Shown: positions 40,801 to 48,903, numbered from the stretch's first letter. The stretch: 64,000 nucleotides of DNA from an uncultured Gammaproteobacteria bacterium (GCA_964531275.1 CAZHDZ010000001.1:144945-208944); one strand, 5' to 3'. Notes: generated by a model from the letters alone, not told the origin. A program made the numbers and translations.

Positions 40801-41144
40801 TTCCGGACCTGATATTTGTTAAACAAGGAGCTCAGTCAAAATCTAGCCAACCAAGAATTCTAGAGAGAAGCAATACTTCATACACACTAGAAGGGACAAA
40901 TGTGAATGGATCCAGCGTTCTTACTTTTTCCCAATCGTACAATAATAATTGGAAAAGTGACACATATGAGCACTTTATTGTTAATGGTTTCTCTAATGGA
41001 TGGATTTTGCCTAGTGAGACTCAGAAAGTACGTGTAAAATACAAGATACAGGACTTATTTATCATTGGAGTAACGATCACAAGTATTTCGTTGGTAGGGA
41101 CTCTAATTATTTTAATAGGTATTTATAAAAAACGATCTAAATGA
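37827..41144 (+). CDS. Giant (1105 aa) YfhO-like membrane protein: an N-terminal GT-C-type polytopic module, an extracytoplasmic domain of roughly 650 aa, and a C-terminal TM anchor
   Basis: The N-terminal roughly 430 aa have more than 10 TM helices. The C-terminal end (SQSYNNNWKSD...NGFSNGWILPSETQKVRVKY plus IIGVTITSISLVGTLIILIGIY) parallels the YfhO-like C-terminal motif. An AftD-like (DUF3367) architecture is possible but unverified. Confidence 0.55.
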   Translation: MKRIKRSRVEIIVIILLGLIPLLWFRGTEVILGHDSGLPLSPIPHFLDRLYAWTVRFGFGNDQTYAIPGFFIHGLEALVSSLGFDLQSMQKITFSIWFVLPGVTMYYLGSRLEKKLKINFLSLPAAVFYMINHFLLQGWFVAERTKFSVYAALPLMIAILLDWSDGRRKTFTAAVLIALIFFVLNGLASLPLFGGVIIALIVFIFYYLYQQFSWIRIGSLFQLFGVTLVVSVALHAYWLVPFVFSLKTSYSESVTFFGGKEGILDWVKYASLNSSYNNLLRLQGVPEWYQNPGHPYANNFLTNPLLIFISVAIPICVFSTLLIFKKSAEKKVILFFGLLAIVSLLFVAGAHPPFGTLYIFLMQNIPGFIAFRNPFYKFSPSLWLAYAVLIGFFISFIMSRVVVINKKIAYVFYSFVIIGIVLYSYPFLNGTFFDYVKNERSNRVVVPSYIMDFGKWSESRERIDKKTLMLPPPNIDGTVEEYTWGYWSLAPISTLLTNAPILNNSLFLGKNEKTMLTTLYSMMEKDEQGWEQLAKIMGIDSFVVRDDFVWDNPSSPSVNPAVYQKALTSKNVQKVKEFEKWHIYDLKEGRDDFLQYNTYSFVAGDVGTIGKIASLPGYSYEEPLVADTNGNSLLKMSPNTYYLDSYCVMCDLQWKFINTLAYTPTITQGSFMYPIIGRNVYQEISLLDQPQELAIYYSEKALRDILGLQKSIDLAEKDDVLKEIITDIEEDLFNIRRTVQLSQNEINNVTKLDILSFIRTQKVVISQIKEKNLSSISMDKMLKAIEINESFLNQITFRTSSETKKQLLVTSPIAHEYSVYYRPNDNIEDSNSVSISINNQQLILPVLEEDGRWRKLSEVNLNKGLNTIVVQQPINDIQKQKSVRLVESTNGCYYSEKIDSKRGDIFKLTFDHRLLSSYDKFFVTFVPAGESVDKAPSIDSLTSVKGSRLYETTYAPIAGRSFQFVICNTSIHNDPKHSDIQIENISMRKIAVPDLIFVKQGAQSKSSQPRILERSNTSYTLEGTNVNGSSVLTFSQSYNNNWKSDTYEHFIVNGFSNGWILPSETQKVRVKYKIQDLFIIGVTITSISLVGTLIILIGIYKKRSK

Positions 41145-41458
41145 AAAATATTTCAAAATTTGTGCTATGTTCTCTAATAACGCTCACTGTTTATTTTGCG
41201 TTGCAATTACCATATATTAACATTCTCCAAATCTTCTTTACCGGATTTGTTCCTTTAACGTTCTTAATTTCTTTTCTCATGCTGTTTCGGCCAAGCAAAA
41301 AGAAAATTCTTATGAGTGCGCTGCTAATGCTTTTCTTTAATTTATTCTTCATTCTTTTTAGAAACCAAGAGATTGCAGAACATATAGCAGTTTTAAGTTA
41401 TTTCTTAATATTCTTATATATTGTGCTTTCACTTCCCGTTCTTAAAAGCAAAAAATAA
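41141..41458 (+). CDS. Small membrane protein (3 predicted TM helices), hypothetical
   Basis: 105 aa and hydrophobic. It is ATGA-coupled to the giant upstream gene. Confidence 0.45.
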   Translation: MKNISKFVLCSLITLTVYFALQLPYINILQIFFTGFVPLTFLISFLMLFRPSKKKILMSALLMLFFNLFFILFRNQEIAEHIAVLSYFLIFLYIVLSLPVLKSKK

Positions 41459-41461
41459 AAT

Positions 41462-43315
41462 ATGGATATTGTAAGAGGTGACTGGAGATTCTTCTGGCCG
41501 GATAGCTTGTTATCTTTCATTGGGATTCCATCCGCCTGGGATTCATCACTTAATACAGGTCTTGGAATGCAAGCAACGAATACGATGTGGATTACTAGCT
41601 ATCTACATCTATCAGCCACAATTTCTAGTCTGGGCTTGGGATGGCTCTGGACAACATTTTTATTTTGGCTTATTCCGATTATTCTTATATCAATTCTTTC
41701 ATCATATTTTTTATCCAGGTATGTGCTTCGCAATAAATCGCCCTTACTATCTCTTGTTTCAGGTGTAATTTATGCAACAAATACTTATTTTCTATTAATT
41801 TTCTTTGGTGGTCAGTTAGGTGTTGCGTTTGCATACTCTTTGGCTCCCGTCGTTATTCTTTCCTATTTATATTATGCGGAAAAAATAACCTTAAGCCGAG
41901 GGATTTTAGTTGGTATCGTAGCTGCAATACAATTAGTATTTGATCCGCGCCTTACGATGCTTACTCTTTCTGCCGCATATGCAGTTCTACTTATTAGTCG
42001 AATAGGGCTTCTGAAACTCCTTAAAATTTCTATAGTACCGGTTATAGTTGCTCTTTCCTTGCATGCCTTCTGGATAATACCGACAATTCTTTTCCACTCA
42101 AAAACGCCGTATGAAATGCAATCAGGTGCAACCGTCTCTTTTTTAAGTTTTGCCTTATTGGAAAATACAATAAGTCTTTTGCATCCCAATTGGCCTCAAA
42201 ATATATTTGGCAAGGTTTATTTCATGAAACCCGAATATTTAATTATTCCAATTATTGCATATCTGCCTATTGTGTTAGGTAAATCAAAAGAAGTAAGAAA
42301 AGAATTACTCGCATTCGCCTTCATTGCGCTTATCGGAGCGTTTTTGGCAAAAGGTGTAAATGAACCATTTGGCTTTGTTTATCAATTTATGAGTGGCTAT
42401 ATTCCCGGATTTACAATGTTTCGGGATCCAACAAAATTTTACTTATTAATTGCACTTTCCTATTCAGTTCTCATCCCCTATGGGATTTATACGGTATATG
42501 GTTTTTGCAAGAAGAGATTTAATGGAAAAATAGTATTAAACCACTTAATACTGTTATTTTTAGCGATATGGATCTTTCTTCAGAGGGATGTTTTTCTCGG
42601 TACAGTACATACTCCATCTCCACAAAAAATACCTCCAGGCTATGAACGGCTTGCACAATTTATAAGTAATCAGAATAATGACTTTCGTACTCTTTGGATT
42701 CCCCAATGGCAGAGATATGGATATTTTTCAAATCAGAATCCTGCTATTGGCAGAGGTGAAATTCCTATGAATAAAATAAACGACGAAAGACTTGATCTTC
42801 ATTCGATAAAGTATGTCATGGTCCCATTTGATTCAGAGGGCGAGATATTCATAAATGACGGAAAATACTCCGAGAAGCTTTTCAAAGATACAGTCCAAAA
42901 GATTCAAATTCTACCTTATCTCAGGCAAGTGGAAGAATTCGGAAAAATTATAGTTTTTGAGAACTTCGATTTTAGAAAAAGATTTTATGTTAGCGACAGT
43001 TCTTCTGATATTACTTTTTCAAGAAAGAATTCTATCTATGATCTAATACTCAATAAAACAAAAGACAAGAAAACCATTGTATTTACTGATAATTATTCTC
43101 AATATTGGTATGCTTCGTACCAAAATAAAACTTTTAAGTCTCAGAATTATCGGGGAGTAAATAGTTTTATAATACCAGGAGACGTAACTCAGATACGAAT
43201 TAGTTACGGGGTACAAAAAGTGGTTAATATTAGTTTTATTATTAGTCTACTGTCTTTATTTTTTCTATTAGGTTTTTTGGCGTTTTCAAAAATAAAAAAT
43301 GATAAAACTCACTAA
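41462..43315 (+). CDS. YfhO-like polytopic membrane protein with a C-terminal beta-sandwich-like domain and a TM anchor
   Basis: 617 aa. The C-terminus reads TDNYSQYWYASYQNKTFKSQNYRGVNSFIIPGDVTQIRISY plus a hydrophobic tail. Confidence 0.55.
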   Translation: MDIVRGDWRFFWPDSLLSFIGIPSAWDSSLNTGLGMQATNTMWITSYLHLSATISSLGLGWLWTTFLFWLIPIILISILSSYFLSRYVLRNKSPLLSLVSGVIYATNTYFLLIFFGGQLGVAFAYSLAPVVILSYLYYAEKITLSRGILVGIVAAIQLVFDPRLTMLTLSAAYAVLLISRIGLLKLLKISIVPVIVALSLHAFWIIPTILFHSKTPYEMQSGATVSFLSFALLENTISLLHPNWPQNIFGKVYFMKPEYLIIPIIAYLPIVLGKSKEVRKELLAFAFIALIGAFLAKGVNEPFGFVYQFMSGYIPGFTMFRDPTKFYLLIALSYSVLIPYGIYTVYGFCKKRFNGKIVLNHLILLFLAIWIFLQRDVFLGTVHTPSPQKIPPGYERLAQFISNQNNDFRTLWIPQWQRYGYFSNQNPAIGRGEIPMNKINDERLDLHSIKYVMVPFDSEGEIFINDGKYSEKLFKDTVQKIQILPYLRQVEEFGKIIVFENFDFRKRFYVSDSSSDITFSRKNSIYDLILNKTKDKKTIVFTDNYSQYWYASYQNKTFKSQNYRGVNSFIIPGDVTQIRISYGVQKVVNISFIISLLSLFFLLGFLAFSKIKNDKTH

Positions 43316-44474
43316 ATCAACTTTTTACAAAGAGAAAGAAACGAAGCAACGTCTTGCAAAATTCATAGTGGAGTCGCATCAACTAAGCTTTGGAGCTGAG
43401 TGCGAAAAATTTGAATTGGCTTTCGCGAATTACCAAAGGCGGAAATACTGCATATTTCTTAATTCCGGTAGTTCTGCAAATCTTGCATTAGTTCAGGCAC
43501 TACTTAATATGGGCAAATTAAAACATGGGGATAAGGTTGGTTTTTCTGCGCTTACATGGTCCACCAATGTGATGCCGATAATACAATTGGGCCTGTTAGC
43601 AGTTCCAATTGATGTGGAGCTTAATACTCTAAATGTATCCTCTTCTCAGATAAAAAAAGTATTGAAAAAACACAAGCTAAAAATGATATTCCTTACAAAT
43701 TTACTCGGTTTTTGTGATGACATTGATGTAATTAAATCTTTGTGTGACAAAGAAAAGATACTATTAGTCGAAGATAACTGTGAGTCGTTAGGCACTATAT
43801 TTAAAGGAAGATTATTGGGTAATTTTGGCATTTCAAGTACTAACTCTTTTTATGTTGGACATCACATGTCAACTATAGAGGGGGGAATGATAGCAACAGA
43901 CAGTCTGAGCCTTGCTAATCAACTGAGGATTGTGAGGGCTCATGGTTGGGATAGAAATTTATCCAGCTCAAAGCAATCAAAAATGAGAGATAAGTTTAAT
44001 GTTAATTCTACGTTCTATTCGCGATACACTTTTTATGAACAAGGATTTAATCTTAGGCCAACTGAAATAAGCGGCTTTATAGGAAACATTCAAATCAAAT
44101 ATCTTGATGAAATAACAAAGATAAGAAATAAGAATTTTCTAGAGCTTGCTGTTCCTATATATAATGATAGCAGTAGGTACCATGCAATAAAGTATGATCA
44201 TATTGATTTCCTTTCAAATTTTGCAGTGCCAATCGTTTGTAGGTCCAAGCGTATCCGTGATGAATTGGTAAAGAAATGTGATGGACAGGTGGAAATTCGA
44301 CCTATTGTTGGTGGAGATATGACTAATCAGCCTTTTTTTGCAAAACATAGTAAGGGGTTAGTGTTCGATTGTCAAAATGCTCGGCTTGTACATGAGCAGG
44401 GTTTATATTTCCCAAATAACCCAGAGCTTACCCATAGAGAGAAAAAAATTATGCTTAAGATATTCACGTCTTAA
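43299..44474 (+). CDS. PMP-dependent nucleotide-sugar 3-dehydratase of the ColD/E1 type (GDP-4-keto-6-deoxy-D-mannose 3-dehydratase-like), a DegT-fold enzyme
   Basis: It has a DegT-like fold (SGSSANLALVQAL, LTWSTN, VEDNCESLG, VRAHGWDRNL). At the position of the PLP-lysine it has His188-His189 (SFYVGHHMSTIEGG; codons CAT CAC at 43860..43865). The 391-aa length matches ColD. Confidence 0.8.
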   Translation: MIKLTKSTFYKEKETKQRLAKFIVESHQLSFGAECEKFELAFANYQRRKYCIFLNSGSSANLALVQALLNMGKLKHGDKVGFSALTWSTNVMPIIQLGLLAVPIDVELNTLNVSSSQIKKVLKKHKLKMIFLTNLLGFCDDIDVIKSLCDKEKILLVEDNCESLGTIFKGRLLGNFGISSTNSFYVGHHMSTIEGGMIATDSLSLANQLRIVRAHGWDRNLSSSKQSKMRDKFNVNSTFYSRYTFYEQGFNLRPTEISGFIGNIQIKYLDEITKIRNKNFLELAVPIYNDSSRYHAIKYDHIDFLSNFAVPIVCRSKRIRDELVKKCDGQVEIRPIVGGDMTNQPFFAKHSKGLVFDCQNARLVHEQGLYFPNNPELTHREKKIMLKIFTS

Positions 44475-44476
44475 TT

Positions 44477-44689
44477 ATGAAACCACAAGACATTTTCTTT
44501 GTTATAGTTCTTTTGATTCTTCTTTTGAAGAGGTCTTATAAAATTTCTGTGTATGTGGGATTGGCTTTCATTTTGGCTTCAATGCCATTCTTCTTGTTTC
44601 AAATATTCTTTACTGCGCAGAGATTTGTAACATATGGCTTTGCCTTCATTTTTCTTGGATCTCTTCTCTTGTTGGTTAATAAGAAGTAG
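44477..44689 (+). CDS. Small membrane protein (2 TM helices), hypothetical
   Basis: 70 aa and hydrophobic. It starts 3 nt after the upstream stop. Confidence 0.4.
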   Translation: MKPQDIFFVIVLLILLLKRSYKISVYVGLAFILASMPFFLFQIFFTAQRFVTYGFAFIFLGSLLLLVNKK

Positions 44690-44722
44690 ATTCTTAGCAT
44701 TAAGTTTTTTCATATTCAATCT

Positions 44723-44746
44723 CTTCTTTTATTCTCATAAAAGAAG
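44723..44746 (+). promoter_or_regulatory. Perfect 10-bp inverted repeat (CTTCTTTTAT-tctc-ATAAAAGAAG): an RNA hairpin or operator-like element 12 nt upstream of the ATG at 44759
   Basis: It is directly visible in the sequence. It is followed by the AT-rich stretch TAATATTTATATAT. It may be a weak intrinsic terminator for the upstream operon or a translational control hairpin. Confidence 0.35.
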
Positions 44747-44758
44747 TAATATTTATAT

Positions 44759-45667
44759 ATGGTAGTTCCGTCTCAAATTGCGATTGTGGGTATTACGTAT
44801 GAGAAGAAGTGGTATAGTGGGCCGCTTAAAAGTATAAAGCATACGGATAAGGTACGAGGAGATCTTATACTATACGCTTTGAGATATGCCACTGGAGTTG
44901 GATATAAGGTTGTAGTTGTTGACGGCGGAAGCGCCAAGACCTTAGTCTCTGCAATAAAAAAAATACAGGGGGTAAAATTATTCCAATCAAAAAAGCCAAA
45001 AAGATCTCCAAATAGAAGGAAGGCTATATTTGAAGCATCACAGATAGAAGATGTCAGAGCAATTGTTATGACAGAGCTTGAAAAAGTTTCTGTTATTACT
45101 GATTGCATTGAGATGATCGTTGACCCAATTATAAATGGTGATGCTGACTTAGTTATTCCAAAAAGAGATGATTTATTATTCAAAAAAACCGTTCCATCAT
45201 ATATGTATGAGTCGGAATCTGAAGGGAATCTGCTCTATTGCGAAGCATTAAGGGCAAATTCTCTGCTTTCTCCCAACTCCCCCGACCTAGATGTATTTTT
45301 TGGCGTTAGAGTTTTTAGAAATGATAAAAAACTTTTAAAGTCCTTGCTCTCGCATTATGAATCGAATCCATTTAACTCACTGTTGGAGCATAGGTTATTC
45401 GATTTTGAGGAGTACTCAAACGGCCAATTTTTCCCAGTAGTCAAAGCACTACAAAAGAAGAAAAAAGTAATTTCGGTTACTATTCCATTTACATACCCTG
45501 CCACTCAAATGGAAAATGAATTAAAGGGTCAGCGTGATTTTTTCATTTTAAAAAGAAGGTATCAGCGGCTTACAATACTAATAGAATTAATGCATTTTTT
45601 AGGGTACATCAACCATGAAGTCACTCGTAAAATAAAAAAAGGAAGTACAGTATTTACTAACGTTTAA
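44759..45667 (+). CDS. Hypothetical protein, possible nucleotide-diphospho-sugar transferase (GT-A-like) fold
   Basis: 302 aa and soluble. It contains ...YKVVVVDGGSAKTL... and ...INGDADLVIPKRDD..., reminiscent of GT-A folds. No confident family assignment was made. Confidence 0.45.
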   Translation: MVVPSQIAIVGITYEKKWYSGPLKSIKHTDKVRGDLILYALRYATGVGYKVVVVDGGSAKTLVSAIKKIQGVKLFQSKKPKRSPNRRKAIFEASQIEDVRAIVMTELEKVSVITDCIEMIVDPIINGDADLVIPKRDDLLFKKTVPSYMYESESEGNLLYCEALRANSLLSPNSPDLDVFFGVRVFRNDKKLLKSLLSHYESNPFNSLLEHRLFDFEEYSNGQFFPVVKALQKKKKVISVTIPFTYPATQMENELKGQRDFFILKRRYQRLTILIELMHFLGYINHEVTRKIKKGSTVFTNV

Positions 45668-45668
45668 A

Positions 45669-46202
45669 ATGGCAAAAATAGGAATTGATGTAAGCCAACT
45701 TACCTATCAAAATACAGGTGTAGCAAATTATCTTGGTAATTTGATTGAGGAAATGATAAAGAATAAAGAGCACGATTATATTTTGTTCTTCTCTTCATTA
45801 AGACGCTCAATACCGCCAAGGCTTCAGGAATTTTCTAAAAGTTCTAACGTGACTGTTGTTAGAAAGAAGTTGCCGCCAAGTGTTTTGCATATACTATGGA
45901 ATGTTATGCATATTATGCCAATCGAAAAGTTTTTGGGTTCAATAGATATGTTCATATCCTCAGATTGGTCAGAGCCGCCGACACGTAAAGCAAAAAAGGC
46001 AACTATACTATACGACCTAATTGTTTATAAATACCCTGAAGAAACAGCAAAAAAGATAGTCTTCGTGCAGACAAAAAAACTCTCATGGGTTCAGAAAGAG
46101 TCTGATATTGTTTTTTGCATTTCCGAATCAACGAAAAATGATGCGAAAAGTATTTTAGGTATCAGTGAGGCTAAGCTAAAAGTTGTTCTTCCTGGATTTT
46201 AG
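45669..46202 (+). CDS. Truncated GT4 glycosyltransferase (N-terminal Rossmann domain only); possible pseudogene or gene remnant
   Basis: 177 aa. The N-terminus (MAKIGIDVSQLTYQNTGVANYLGNL) aligns with the N-terminal domains of the GT4 genes at 47791 and 57016. The ORF stops (..KLKVVLPGF*) exactly where the C-terminal catalytic domain should begin. The stop overlaps the stop of a convergent minus-strand gene. Confidence 0.5.
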   Translation: MAKIGIDVSQLTYQNTGVANYLGNLIEEMIKNKEHDYILFFSSLRRSIPPRLQEFSKSSNVTVVRKKLPPSVLHILWNVMHIMPIEKFLGSIDMFISSDWSEPPTRKAKKATILYDLIVYKYPEETAKKIVFVQTKKLSWVQKESDIVFCISESTKNDAKSILGISEAKLKVVLPGF

Positions 46203-47782
46203 AGTTTGTATTTCGTTCCAGCAATCTTTTCTCTCTTCTCAAAAGAAATTGAACTTGCTTTATCTTTTCTAATGAGGATGCAGCTTTTGTCTTTAGCTGG
46301 ATTTATTTGGATGTAATTATTATATAGACTTCGGGATGCCTTGCTGCCTTCTTTTGCAAGAACCTTTAGGCATTTGCCATAGTAAAAATCAGGAATACTG
46401 TTTTCAAGTAATGTATTCCTCTCATGTTCATACAGCTCAACTTTTGGCATATATGAGGTATACCACGTATATTTATATGCTGAAGGGAGCTTTGCTTCCC
46501 AGATAATTAGATCGTCATATCCATCTACAAATAGTGTGTCATCGGAGTTTGCCAAATTTCTTATTGTTGTCCCTGTGTCCATTATATTTGAAAAATTTGT
46601 AAAGTATTCTGAGCTTGTATCAACTTTTTCATACATAAAGTAGCTCTTATTGGTCAATAAAAATATGGCAGATAAGGCTAATAACGCAATACTGATTACA
46701 CCTAGTCTTCGGGACTTTTTAAGTATCTCGATTGTTAGAAGACTCATGGTGAAGGTAAAAACTAAAAGCCAAGGAGCAACATGAAATGCCTCATAAAATG
46801 TCTGGTTTGCCCCTACTGGTCGAAGATTTACTAAAAAAAGTGTCGCCAATATAAAAAGACTTATTAATACATTTTTTTCCATCTTTGCATAAATAAGCAT
46901 GAGTAATAAAAAACAAATAGAATAAAGAATAAAAAGAATTCGAAGGAAGCCAAATCCGCCCGGAGTGGCTATGAGCACCACGGGATAAAAAATAGAGGTA
47001 AGTAGACTTATAAGTGGAGTAATGCCGGAAGCATCAGGAGCTATAACAAGTTTATTTACAGTAACTAAGTTGAGATAGTAGAACGCAAAATCATAGGTGA
47101 GAAAAATTGAAAAGGGAGCAATGAATATAAGAAGAGAGATAATAGGAATTTTTTTGGTAACTTTTTTAACGAGTGTTAAATATGTTGCTAGCAGAAAAAT
47201 AGCAGCAGGAATAAAAGGTTCCCTGAAGAAAATTATCAAAAAAGCGAGAAAAGGTACCACATATAAATCATATTTGCTTATTCTCCCTTTTAATGCATAA
47301 AAGCAAACACCTACCATATATATAATAAGGTAGCCGACAATGCTTTCAGCCAAGAATCTGTCTCCAAATACATAAAATTTAAATGGTTCGTAAAGAATTG
47401 CTGAAATAAGTATTGGATAACGAAATTTGAGAAAAAGACACATAGTTGAAGCAAAGGAAATAAGAAAAATAATTTGTCTGTGTCTCAGTATGAGGTCCGG
47501 AATTGAAGATGTATTAAGGAGATTTTGGATACCCGCACTAAGATAGGCCATTCCCGGTTGATGATTGAAGAAAAAATCTAAAAATATACGCTTTCCGGAA
47601 TTAATGAAATATCCTCCAAGATAATTAAAGCAATCATCAAAGCATCCAAATGCATTAACTCTCGGGATGTAGAGTTTGTATAGTGCTCCGAAGAGCACAA
47701 TAATTAGGAATATAGAAATGAAGAATAATAGATTCTTTTTGGTCATTTTGTATCTATCCTTTTGCAAATATTGTATCATCAA
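46199..47782 (-). CDS. Polytopic membrane protein with a soluble C-terminal domain, hypothetical
   Basis: 527 aa, the only minus-strand gene in this sub-region. It has more than 10 hydrophobic segments. Its C-terminal roughly 150 aa are hydrophilic. Confidence 0.55.
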   Translation of the reverse strand: MMIQYLQKDRYKMTKKNLLFFISIFLIIVLFGALYKLYIPRVNAFGCFDDCFNYLGGYFINSGKRIFLDFFFNHQPGMAYLSAGIQNLLNTSSIPDLILRHRQIIFLISFASTMCLFLKFRYPILISAILYEPFKFYVFGDRFLAESIVGYLIIYMVGVCFYALKGRISKYDLYVVPFLAFLIIFFREPFIPAAIFLLATYLTLVKKVTKKIPIISLLIFIAPFSIFLTYDFAFYYLNLVTVNKLVIAPDASGITPLISLLTSIFYPVVLIATPGGFGFLRILFILYSICFLLLMLIYAKMEKNVLISLFILATLFLVNLRPVGANQTFYEAFHVAPWLLVFTFTMSLLTIEILKKSRRLGVISIALLALSAIFLLTNKSYFMYEKVDTSSEYFTNFSNIMDTGTTIRNLANSDDTLFVDGYDDLIIWEAKLPSAYKYTWYTSYMPKVELYEHERNTLLENSIPDFYYGKCLKVLAKEGSKASRSLYNNYIQINPAKDKSCILIRKDKASSISFEKREKIAGTKYKL

Positions 47783-47790
47783 ATGTATCT

Positions 47791-48903
47791 ATGGTTATTG
47801 GAATTGATGCAAATGAAGCAAACGTATCAAAAAGAGTTGGCATTTCTGAGTATGCGTACCAAATTTTAACGAAGCTTTATGAATTTCGAAATAAAGGACA
47901 AACCACACATTCATTTGAGATCTACCTAAAAGCAAGGCCTCTTGATTTGCTTCCAAAAGAAGAGAGTTGGTGGAAATACAAAATAGTAAAGCCCCAAAAA
48001 ATGTGGACACAGATAGGCTTGCCATTAAATTTATTCTTCTCGAAGAGACCAGATGTTTTTTTAACTCTTACTCACTACGCACCAAGATTTTCCATGGTTC
48101 CAACGATTGTTTCCGTTATGGACTTATCGTTTTTACATTTTCCCGAAACATTCAAAAAGAATGATCTATATCAATTAACCAGTTGGACAAAATATTCGGT
48201 ACTAAATTCAAAGAGGGTTATTACAATTAGTGAAAGCAGTAAAAATGATATAATTAAATTCTATAAAGTGCCCGAAAATAAGGTAAGAGTTGTTAACATG
48301 GGCCTAAAAGAAATCAAAATGGATTCAGTAAGTAAATCACTCGAAGAGTTTGGTGTAACGAAGAAATTTATACTATTTGTGGGGACTTTGCAGCCAAGAA
48401 AGAATATAGTTCGTCTTATCCAGGCATATTCTATTCTTCCGCAAAATATAAAAGATTCTCATCAATTAGTAATAATTGGTAAAAAAGGTTGGTTATATGA
48501 TGAAATTCTTGAAACTCCAAAAAAATATGGTGTTGAGGAGAGTACTTTATTCTTAGACTATATTACTGATCAGGATCTTCCCTCGTTCTACAAGAAAGCT
48601 TCGGTATATATTCTTCCTAGTCTTTATGAAGGGTTTGGTCTCCCAATTCTTGAGGCTATGCGTTACGGATGCCCAGTACTGACTAGTAATGTTTCAAGTA
48701 TGCCTGAGGCAGGTGGAGATGCTGCAATTTATTTTAATCCCGAAAACACTCAGGATATAGAAGAAAAAATGGAGAAAGTACTTACTGATCACACATTGAG
48801 AGATAGAATGAAAGAGAGAGGGCTTATTCATTATAAGAAATTTACTTGGGAAAAAGCTGCGCGTGAAGTACTGAGTGTTATTGAGGAGGTTATCCAAAAA
48901 TAA
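47791..48903 (+). CDS. Glycosyltransferase family 4
   Basis: The C-terminal domain reads PSLYEGFGLPILEAMRYGCPVLTSNVSSMPEAGGDAAIYF. Confidence 0.8.
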   Translation: MVIGIDANEANVSKRVGISEYAYQILTKLYEFRNKGQTTHSFEIYLKARPLDLLPKEESWWKYKIVKPQKMWTQIGLPLNLFFSKRPDVFLTLTHYAPRFSMVPTIVSVMDLSFLHFPETFKKNDLYQLTSWTKYSVLNSKRVITISESSKNDIIKFYKVPENKVRVVNMGLKEIKMDSVSKSLEEFGVTKKFILFVGTLQPRKNIVRLIQAYSILPQNIKDSHQLVIIGKKGWLYDEILETPKKYGVEESTLFLDYITDQDLPSFYKKASVYILPSLYEGFGLPILEAMRYGCPVLTSNVSSMPEAGGDAAIYFNPENTQDIEEKMEKVLTDHTLRDRMKERGLIHYKKFTWEKAAREVLSVIEEVIQK

